Source: an uncultured Thermoplasmata archaeon (GTDB lineage Archaea; Thermoplasmatota; Thermoplasmata; RBG-16-68-12). Taken from it: a DNA stretch of 64,000 nucleotides. Location of the stretch: the NCBI GenBank assembly GCA_963768855.1, contig CAVYJM010000011.1, forward strand, positions 352,001 to 416,000, written 5' to 3'. The translations under genes were made by a program, and so were the position numbers. The notes beneath the pieces are model-generated. The model did not search any database. It was not told the DNA's origin and saw nothing but the letters and a program-made list of their open reading frames with translations. Shown one piece after another: positions 18,120 through 25,728 of this stretch (the first letter of the stretch is position 1; every line of letters begins with the position of its first letter).

Positions 18120-19871
18120 GTGAACCTCCTCGGTGCGGCTCTCTCCCTGGCGGCCTTGGGCGTCAGCGCGTTCCTCGCGGTGTACGTCCTCGGGATGCAC
18201 CCGCGCTCGTTGCCGAGCCGCGCCTTCTTCGCCCTCATGATGACGTTCGTGTGGTGGGACGCCTGCGAGGCGGTCGAGCGGGCGCTGCCCGCCGGGACCA
18301 CGCCGTCCGCGGCCTTCCCGTGGACTCAGGGCGTGTGGCTCGGGATCAGCGCGGTGCCCGCCGCCCTGATGCAGCTCGCCCTCGTGTACCCGGAGCGGCG
18401 ACCCTGGTTCCGGCGCGAGTACCTCCCGCTGATCTACGCCCCCGTGGTCGGGTGGGCCTACCTGATCTTCGGGACCCGCCATCTGATCGCCGGTGTGGCG
18501 GAGGGGCCCCTCGGTCCCGGCGCAGTCGTCGGGGATAGCTACCTCCCCCTCGCTTCGGTCTACGCGGCCTGGTTCTACCTCAGCGTCGTCCTGTTCGCCG
18601 TGAACTGGTGGCGTCTGCGCGGGAGCAACCTCCGCCAGATGCAGGGCGTCGTCGTCCTCGGCCTGCTGGTCGGGTCCGTCCCCGCCGGCGTGACGGAGAT
18701 CTTCTGGCCCCTGATCGACGGATTCTCGGTCCGCCTGGGGCTGGGGTCCCTCTATACGCTCGTCTGGTCCATCTTCCTCGCGTTCGCCATCGCGCGCTAC
18801 CGCTACCTGGTCATCGAGCCCGTGACGGAGTCGCTCGGCGCGACGCGTGCCCGCCATCCGCTCTCCCGCGGGTTCAACTACCTCGTTCTGGAGCCGGGCC
18901 GGGCCGCGGGGATGGGGGCGTTCCGCGAGATCGTCTCGACGACGCCGGGGTTGTGCGTGACGGGCCTCGCGCCGGCTCGGATCGCCGAGCGGTTCGGGCT
19001 CGAGCGGACGCCCGTCCTGTGGATCACGACCGTCTCGGGCGAGGGGCGCACGGTCCGCCCGCAGGGGCTCGACTTCGAGCTCGTGCACACGGTCCTGAAG
19101 TTCCAGCGGGAGAACCCGGGGACCGCGATCCTCCTCGACGATCTGGACTACCTGGCCGCGGTGGACGGGTTCGAGGCGGTCGCCCGCTTCCTGAAGCGTG
19201 TCGCGAATCAGGCGAGTTCCTCGAGCGGCACGCTCATCGTGACGGCGGGCCACGGTACGTTCACGGCGGAGCAGGTCGCGGTGCTCGGCGGTTGCGTCGA
19301 CCATGTCCTCGACATCCCCGAGACCTCGAACGGGACGCTCGCCCCTTCGCGGGGTCACGCCCTCCTCTTCGTGCCGCAACAGGACGTCGGGGGCGTCCTC
19401 GCCCTCGTCGGCGCCAGCCGCGGCCTGATCGTGACCACGGAGCACCCCGCGAAGGCCCGCCGCCGGCTCGGAGAAGGCTTCGACATCCTCTGGATCACGG
19501 AGCATCCGGAGGCAGGGATCCTCTGCGCGCGACCGACGGCGCTCGACACGGAAGCCCGCCGCGCCATCAGCAATCACCTTTCCGCCCATCCGGGATCGGC
19601 CGTCGTCCTAGCGGGGCTCGAGCAGCTGTCCCTCTTCGCGGACTTCCCCGCCCTCCTGTCCTTCGTGAAGGACACGGTCGACGCGGCGTCCCTCCGGGGA
19701 AGCCAGGTCATCGCCGCGGTCAGTCCGAACGGGCTCCCCGCCCGGGAGGTCGCGATGCTCGCCCGCCGCTTGGATGTTCCCGCGGGCTCTTTTGTCAGGG
19801 GTTCTCCGGCTGGAGGGCTGTCCACAGCCGTTCCTGGAAGTCGAACTCCGATTCGAGGACCCGTTTCATGA
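18120..19871 (+). CDS. 7TM sensor (HisKA_7TM-like) fused to two DUF835 (inactive KaiC-like) domains
   Basis: Seven hydrophobic helices ending AIARYRYLVIEP; then PGLCVT..P, PVLWIT, ILLDDLDYL and a second copy ILWITE, VVLAGLEQL. Confidence 0.85.
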   Translation: MNLLGAALSLAALGVSAFLAVYVLGMHPRSLPSRAFFALMMTFVWWDACEAVERALPAGTTPSAAFPWTQGVWLGISAVPAALMQLALVYPERRPWFRREYLPLIYAPVVGWAYLIFGTRHLIAGVAEGPLGPGAVVGDSYLPLASVYAAWFYLSVVLFAVNWWRLRGSNLRQMQGVVVLGLLVGSVPAGVTEIFWPLIDGFSVRLGLGSLYTLVWSIFLAFAIARYRYLVIEPVTESLGATRARHPLSRGFNYLVLEPGRAAGMGAFREIVSTTPGLCVTGLAPARIAERFGLERTPVLWITTVSGEGRTVRPQGLDFELVHTVLKFQRENPGTAILLDDLDYLAAVDGFEAVARFLKRVANQASSSSGTLIVTAGHGTFTAEQVAVLGGCVDHVLDIPETSNGTLAPSRGHALLFVPQQDVGGVLALVGASRGLIVTTEHPAKARRRLGEGFDILWITEHPEAGILCARPTALDTEARRAISNHLSAHPGSAVVLAGLEQLSLFADFPALLSFVKDTVDAASLRGSQVIAAVSPNGLPAREVAMLARRLDVPAGSFVRGSPAGGLSTAVPGSRTPIRGPVS

Positions 19872-20022
19872 AGAGGACGATCTGACCCTGCGGGTCGAGG
19901 CCGTTCCGGGCGCAGTACTCGCGGAAGCCGTGGAGGACCTCCCCCTCGACGCGGATGTTGTACTGCACCTTGGCTTTCCTCGGCGGGGGCGATCCTCGGG
20001 GCGCCACGGCCCTCCGAATCAC
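19795..20022 (-). CDS. Small ribbon-helix-helix (CopG/Arc-like) DNA-binding protein
   Basis: VQYNIRV (ribbon), EGEVLHGFREYCARNG (helix), DPQGQIVLFMKRVL (helix); GTG start; overlaps the 3' end of the DUF835 gene. Confidence 0.7.
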   Translation of the reverse strand: MIRRAVAPRGSPPPRKAKVQYNIRVEGEVLHGFREYCARNGLDPQGQIVLFMKRVLESEFDFQERLWTALQPENP

Positions 20023-20030
20023 ACCGCCTC

Positions 20031-20099
20031 TATATCTACATTCTGTAGCATTTGCTATCTTTTTGTTCAAATCGTAGCCATTAAGTAAGTGATAATCAC
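20031..20099. promoter_or_regulatory. AT-rich divergent promoter region with short palindromes
   Basis: CTACA-ttc-TGTAG (20036-48), TAGCA-tt-TGCTA (20046-57), TTAAGTAA box (20081-88) followed directly by GTGAT-a-ATCAC (20089-99). Confidence 0.6.
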
Positions 20100-20134
20100 A
20101 TCTGGGAACGAGTGGGAGAGGAGGAGACCATCGG

Positions 20135-21196
20135 ATGACCGAGGCGACCCCCGCCCGGAACCGGCCGGCGACCCCCGAGGAACCAGGACTGGAACCCCCT
20201 GATTCGACGGTATCCGGCTCCACCGACGCCGACTTGCAGGCGGACCTGCTTGAGTCGCTCGTCGAGTCGGCGGACTACGTGGACGTCCGGAAACCACTCC
20301 CGGCCCGGAGTGGAGGGGGCCTGCTACTGGCCACCCCCGAGGCGATTCGGGACGCCTTCGTCACCGCATGGGAGGGCCTCTCCCATTCTCTCCATCTGGA
20401 GATCAGCGCGGCGCGCGCGCTCGACGGCGTGAGGGACCTCGTGCTCTACGACATCCCGGATGGGACCCGCAGCACGCTCTCCGTGCCCGCGGCGACGGAC
20501 GTCGAGACGGACGCCGGGCTGTATTGCCTCGCGCTCGTGCACACGCTCGCGTCGCTCGGAGCGGCGAGGACCGTCCTGCTCACGCACACGGTCTACAATC
20601 GCGAGCGCGGGCCCGAGGACACGAAGCGCTTCCTCGAGATCATGGCCCACGGCGTCGAACCCTTCCGCGGGTACACCCGGCGGCACAAGATCCGCGTGCA
20701 CCTCCACGGGATTCACGAGGGCTACGAACTCGGCCCCCTCCTCTCGAAGGCCTTCCCCGTCCCTGCGGCCCCCAAGTTCGATGCCCATTTCCTCCTGGAG
20801 TACGAGGAGGAATGGTTCCTGACCCCGCAGGGTCGCGCCCTGCTGGAGATGCTCCCGGACATCGACGTCGTCGTGCGCCACACGAAGCTCCAGGTGAGCG
20901 GCGGCTGGATCCCGATGAAGATGCGCAAGTCCGCGTACGTGTACTCCCAGAACGGGAGCCTGAACTCGAACTGGTCCTACGACGAGTACGCCTCGATGGT
21001 CGCCGTGGCCTACCTGGCCAAGGTCCTGCACTCCGGCGAGGCCCTGAGCAAGAAGTACGTCTCGATCGACGAGATCAAGGAGCGCTACCAGCAGCGGGAG
21101 ATGCGGCTCCAGACACGGGTCGTGCGGCTCAGGGAGAAACCGCGGAAGCTCTTCGTCGTCGGCTCCGCGACCGGCCTCATCCAGGTCTACGCCTGA
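20135..21196 (+). CDS. Divergent cis-prenyltransferase-fold protein (Rv3378c/UppS-like)
   Basis: YDIPDGTR, TVLLTHTVYNRERG, RRHKIRVHLHG, PDIDVVVR line up in order and spacing with cis-PT motifs. Confidence 0.7.
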   Translation: MTEATPARNRPATPEEPGLEPPDSTVSGSTDADLQADLLESLVESADYVDVRKPLPARSGGGLLLATPEAIRDAFVTAWEGLSHSLHLEISAARALDGVRDLVLYDIPDGTRSTLSVPAATDVETDAGLYCLALVHTLASLGAARTVLLTHTVYNRERGPEDTKRFLEIMAHGVEPFRGYTRRHKIRVHLHGIHEGYELGPLLSKAFPVPAAPKFDAHFLLEYEEEWFLTPQGRALLEMLPDIDVVVRHTKLQVSGGWIPMKMRKSAYVYSQNGSLNSNWSYDEYASMVAVAYLAKVLHSGEALSKKYVSIDEIKERYQQREMRLQTRVVRLREKPRKLFVVGSATGLIQVYA

Positions 21197-21207
21197 GGCT
21201 GGCGCGG

Positions 21208-22326
21208 TCACGAGGCGGCCAGCAGGGCAGTGAGCAGGTCGTCGACGCCCCGGGCGTCTTTCGCCATGCCCCGCCAGTTGCCCAGCGCCTCCGCGTTCTC
21301 CTCTTCGAATTTCTCGACGGCCTCGATGACCAGCCGACGGAGCTGGTCGTTCTCCTCCCCGTCGAGGACGAGGGTGAGGCAGGCATGCCGTCCGCGCTCC
21401 ATGAGGAGCGTGTAGTTGCCATGGCGGATGGACTTGAGCCACTTCCCTCGCAGGGTCGGGAACGACGTGCGCATGAAGTTCGAGATCACGTCGAGCGTCG
21501 CGCTGAACGAGTCCGCGTCGATCATGCGTTCTTCCGGCTGGATTCTTGACCCGATCAGCGTGCCGTCGCTGAAGGTGAGGAAGGCGCCCTTCACATCGTA
21601 GGTCGAAGCCTTCTTCCGCCGGAGGGCGTCGTTCAGCCTCCGGCTGGCGGACGGGCTCGTCGCAAAGAAGATCAGGAATCCGGGGACGGCGAGAAAGGTC
21701 GAGAACAACGGAGGCTGGCCCGGGGAGTCCTCGAGGCCGAGCACCGCGTTCGAGAACGTGCCCGCCAGGAGGGCGGCGACGAAGCCAACGAGGATCGCCT
21801 CGATCCGATGCGCGAGTTTGGGACTCTGGCCGTGGACTTCGAAGACCGTCCGCCCGATTTGGGCCAGAGCGACCAGCCAGCACGCGGCAACAAACAGGAG
21901 CCACGGAAGATACCAATCCAGGTTGTACTGGGGGACCCGCGGGACCGGGCCCGGCGGGAGGGGCGGGAATCCGGCGAACATGTGTGTCGGGAACGAGACG
22001 ATGAAGAACGCGGCGGGGACGAAGACCAGGAGCGACACACGGCGGAACCGGCCGTGGAACGCCATCCCATAGAGGAGCAGGAACACGCTCCCCACGGTGA
22101 GGCAGGTCAGGGAGACGCTGGCCTCGAGCGTCAGGTCCGCACCTGGGGGCATGTTGAAGAAGATCGCATCGCCCAGGGCGTACCCTCCCGTCAGCGTGCA
22201 GAGGAGGACGAAGAACAACTCGGTCCACGTCCGGTACCGCTCCTGATACGTGAGGTACCCCGCCAGGGAGAACCAGATCCCCGCACTGACCAGGGGGGCC
22301 CAGAACAGGAAGTCGTACGCGGACAT
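21208..22326 (-). CDS. 7TM sensor fused to C-terminal longin-like domain (copy B)
   Basis: Seven TM helices starting MSAYDFLFW; C-terminal DSFSATLDVISNFMRTSFP domain. Confidence 0.85.
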   Translation of the reverse strand: MSAYDFLFWAPLVSAGIWFSLAGYLTYQERYRTWTELFFVLLCTLTGGYALGDAIFFNMPPGADLTLEASVSLTCLTVGSVFLLLYGMAFHGRFRRVSLLVFVPAAFFIVSFPTHMFAGFPPLPPGPVPRVPQYNLDWYLPWLLFVAACWLVALAQIGRTVFEVHGQSPKLAHRIEAILVGFVAALLAGTFSNAVLGLEDSPGQPPLFSTFLAVPGFLIFFATSPSASRRLNDALRRKKASTYDVKGAFLTFSDGTLIGSRIQPEERMIDADSFSATLDVISNFMRTSFPTLRGKWLKSIRHGNYTLLMERGRHACLTLVLDGEENDQLRRLVIEAVEKFEEENAEALGNWRGMAKDARGVDDLLTALLAAS

Positions 22327-22387
22327 GCGGGTTCCTCGATTCTTCAGTCCCCGTTGTGTCTTAAGCATTTAGTGTTCGAGTTCGGCC

Positions 22388-23527
22388 TCATGTCTGCTCG
22401 AGGAGGGAGGTGAGCAGCCCGTCCGTCCCGATCGCCTCGGACGGCATGCCTCTCCAGTCCGCGAGGACGGGCTGGTTGTCCCGCTCGTACCCCAGGAGGA
22501 GATCGCGCATGTGCCGGCGCAACTGGTCGTTCTCCTCTCCTTGTAGGATCACGGTCAGGTAGGCGTACCGGCCGCGTTCCATGACGAGCGTGTAGTCCCC
22601 GTGTTTGATCGCGCTCAGCGAACCGCGCAGGGTCGGGAAGGAGGTGCGCATGAAGTTCTGGATCACGTCGAGCGTCGCGCTGAACAGGTCCTGGTCGATG
22701 ACCTTCTCCCCGGGTCGGACCTTCGCGCCGATCAGGGTGCCGTCCGTGAAGATCACGAAGGCCGCCTTGATGTTGTAGCGGCTTGCCTTCCACCGCCGCA
22801 CCGCAACGGAGAACCGCTCCGTGCTCAGAGGCGACAGGGTCACGACCGAGACGATTCCCGGGAGGACGAGCCCGGTGGAGAAGAGCGGGAGGAACTGGTA
22901 ATTCCCGAGCCCGCGCGTCACGTTCGTCAGCCCTCCGAGGGCCAGGGCGAGGAGGGTCGAGACGAGCAGGCCGAGCATCCGGCGGCGGAGCTTCGTCGTC
23001 TGGTCCGCCACCTCCCGATAGGTTCGCAGGAGGAAGTACGCGGCGAGGCCGGCGTAGGCCACCACGCCCACCACCCAAGTGATGAACACGGTCTTGTCCC
23101 AGGAGCCGAGCCAGGGCGGCCCGAACAGCGCGCCGGGCGACGAGTCGAGGGGCTGGATCATGCCCAGGTTCGGGACGAGACCCGCCCACACGAGCGCGAT
23201 GAGGCCGACCGCGGGCACGAACGCGAGCAGGTACCCGGTCCGCATCCTCGTGTAGAAGACGAGGGAGAAGAGGAAGATGAAGCAGACACTGAGGGTGAGG
23301 ACGCTGAAGCCAAGCAGGGCGGCGGTTCTGGCTTGCATCTGGTCCGGCGAAGTGAAGAAGAGGACATCGGCAAAGGCGTACGCCCCGACGAAAATGCAGC
23401 CGGCGAGGAAGAACACCTCGGTCCACGTACGATAGCGGTCGCGATAGACCTGGTAGAGGGCGAGGCCCCACCACACGCCGACCGTGGCGAGGGGCAACCA
23501 CTGCTGGCCGGGGATGGGGAGGGCCAT
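22388..23527 (-). CDS. 7TM sensor fused to C-terminal longin-like domain (copy C)
   Basis: Seven TM helices; shares YRTWTE.FF with copy B; C-terminal DLFSATLDVIQNFMRTSFP domain. Confidence 0.85.
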   Translation of the reverse strand: MALPIPGQQWLPLATVGVWWGLALYQVYRDRYRTWTEVFFLAGCIFVGAYAFADVLFFTSPDQMQARTAALLGFSVLTLSVCFIFLFSLVFYTRMRTGYLLAFVPAVGLIALVWAGLVPNLGMIQPLDSSPGALFGPPWLGSWDKTVFITWVVGVVAYAGLAAYFLLRTYREVADQTTKLRRRMLGLLVSTLLALALGGLTNVTRGLGNYQFLPLFSTGLVLPGIVSVVTLSPLSTERFSVAVRRWKASRYNIKAAFVIFTDGTLIGAKVRPGEKVIDQDLFSATLDVIQNFMRTSFPTLRGSLSAIKHGDYTLVMERGRYAYLTVILQGEENDQLRRHMRDLLLGYERDNQPVLADWRGMPSEAIGTDGLLTSLLEQT

Positions 23528-23628
23528 GGAAACCAAGGGGTAGTTTCCCAACCTTCGCAAGGTATGTTAAAGCCTTCGACGTGATTTTCCGTCGCAAGAA
23601 GAGCCCGGGGCGCGCAACGGCTAAGGCG

Positions 23629-24665
23629 GTGGGTCCGATGCCCCGTCCACGAAGGTCCGGATCGCGGGCGCGGGTCCCGCAGGCCTCAGCGCGGCCTGCG
23701 TCCTCGCCGAGGGGGGAGCTGAGGTGGAGGTCTTCGATCGAGGACCCGCCCTCGGGTCGAAAGAGGCCGATTTCTCCGCAGGTCTGCGGAACTACGCCGG
23801 CCGGGACGCCCTCGAGGAACTTGCGTCCTACGGCGTGCCGGTCCGTCCGTTCGCCACCGCGCAGAAAACGATCCGGCATTCGCCGCGGTTCGCGAACGTG
23901 CTCCATGGCCCCTCCTACTTCATCCTGGCCCGCGGCGCGGGGCCGACCACGGTCGAGCGCCAGCTCTTCGACCGGGCCGTGCGGGCGGGAGCTCGGGTGC
24001 GGTTCGGGACGGCGAAGGATCCTCAGGACGTGGACATCGTGGCCGCGGGACGGCCCACCGGTCCGCCGTCCCTCCTCGGCGTGGGGTTCACGTTCTCGCG
24101 GGAGGGGAGCCCGATGGACGACACGACGCTCTACGCCCTCCTCGATAACTCGATCGCGCCCGCCGGCTACTTCGCCCTCGCCCCGGGGCCTGAGGCTTGC
24201 ACGCTCTACGCCGTCTCCTGGACGGATCTGGATCTGGAGAGCATGCGGTCGCGCGTCGAGGCCTCGCTCCAGATTCCCTGGGTGAGGGAGCTCGTCGGAT
24301 CGAGCCGCCGGCTTCAGCGGATCGAGTGCGGCGCCTACTTCGCGCGGGACCCGATCGCCGATGCGGTGGCCCCGTCGGGCGCGCTCCGGGTCGGAGAGGC
24401 CGCCGGCTTCCTCGATGCGATCGGCGGCTATGGCGTCCGGTACGCGTTGATCACGGGAGCCCTCGCGGCGAAGTCGGTCCTCGACCGGTCCGACTATCCT
24501 GCCCTCCTGCGGCAGGCGTTCGGCACTGAGTTCGAGGAAGCCTTCGCGTTCAGGCAGCAGTTGAACCGCGCGACGAACGAGGACATGGACCGCCTCGTGG
24601 CGTCCATGGGGCCGGAGATGGATCTGGCCGCGTACCAACAGCACCGGTCCTCCCGACTCCTGTGA
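23629..24665 (+). CDS. Geranylgeranyl-reductase-like FAD oxidoreductase 1; no in-frame start upstream of the GxGxxG motif (probable 1-nt indel)
   Basis: KVRIAGAGPAGLSAA at 23652, VGEAAGFLDAIGGYGVRYAL; in-frame TAA at 23622 with no ATG/GTG/TTG before the Rossmann motif. Confidence 0.75.
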
Positions 24666-24706
24666 CCCGCGCAAGCTTATTCTGGGGATCCCACCATCGT
24701 GCCGCG

Positions 24707-25726
24707 ATGGCCGATTCGGTCCGCGTCGCAGGGGCCGGCCTTGGAGGTCTGACCGCGGCACTCGTGCTCGCGCGAGCGGGGCGGACGGTCGAGGTCTTCG
24801 ACCCGAAGACGGCGCTGCTCCCCAGCTCGGGCCCGCACACGGAAGGCATCCGGAACTACCGCAAGTTGGACGCTCTCGAGGAACTGCGGTCCGTGGGCTT
24901 CGATTTTTCGCCGTTCTCGACCGTCCAGCGGACGATTCGCGCCGCGCCGCACGCCCGAACCGAGCTCCTCGGCCCCGCGCACTACCTGTTCCAGCGGGGC
25001 CGTGAACCCGAATCCGTCGATCAGGTCCTCTTCCGTCGGGCCCAGGAGGCCGGGGTCCGGTTCCACTTCGGCGCCTCCCTCGGCGCCGATGATGCAGACA
25101 TCGTCGCGACCGGTCCTCCGAAGGACGAGACCCAGATCCTCGGCGCGGGCTACACGTTCTCGGCCACGGGTAGCTCCCTGACGCGCGACGTCGCATGCGC
25201 CCTCTTCGACAACGAGGTCGCACCAGCCGGATACCTGGCCATCACGCCCGGCATCGACTACCACTCGATCTACAGCGTCTCCTGGTCCGAGTTCGACTAC
25301 GCGCGGCTCCTCGCTCGCGTCCACAAGGCGTTCGAGGTCCCCTGGGTCAAGGCGATTCTCGGGACGAGCACCTGGGTCGGCAAGATCCACGGCCGCGCAC
25401 ATTTCGTCCGAGATCCGATCGCGGACGCGGAGCGGGGCGGGGTGCTGTATGTCGGCGAGGCCGGAGGCTTCCAGGACGCCGTTGCGGGCTTCGGCTTCCG
25501 GTACGCGGCGATGACGGGCGCGCTCGCCGCACGGTCCATCCTGGAGGGCCGGGACTATCGTGGACTCCTGCGCCAGGCCTTCGGCAACGAGTTCGTGGAG
25601 TCCTGGGTCTTCCGGGAGAAGCTGAACGCCGCGACGAACGAGGACTATGACCGGATGTTCGCGGCCCTTGGCCCCGAGATCACCCTCGAGGCGTACGTCG
25701 CCCAGCGTGGCTCCCGCGGGTTCTGA
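24707..25726 (+). CDS. Geranylgeranyl-reductase-like FAD oxidoreductase 2 (tandem paralog)
   Basis: VAGAGLGGLTAA, VGEAGGFQDAVAGFGFRYAAMTG; clearly similar to the upstream copy. Confidence 0.85.
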   Translation: MADSVRVAGAGLGGLTAALVLARAGRTVEVFDPKTALLPSSGPHTEGIRNYRKLDALEELRSVGFDFSPFSTVQRTIRAAPHARTELLGPAHYLFQRGREPESVDQVLFRRAQEAGVRFHFGASLGADDADIVATGPPKDETQILGAGYTFSATGSSLTRDVACALFDNEVAPAGYLAITPGIDYHSIYSVSWSEFDYARLLARVHKAFEVPWVKAILGTSTWVGKIHGRAHFVRDPIADAERGGVLYVGEAGGFQDAVAGFGFRYAAMTGALAARSILEGRDYRGLLRQAFGNEFVESWVFREKLNAATNEDYDRMFAALGPEITLEAYVAQRGSRGF

Positions 25727-25728
25727 AC

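Noticed and set aside
20135-25726. Complete tuberculosinyl-adenosine-type pathway
   Set aside because: No class II diterpene cyclase (DxDD) or GGPP synthase is in the window, so the Mtb product cannot be inferred
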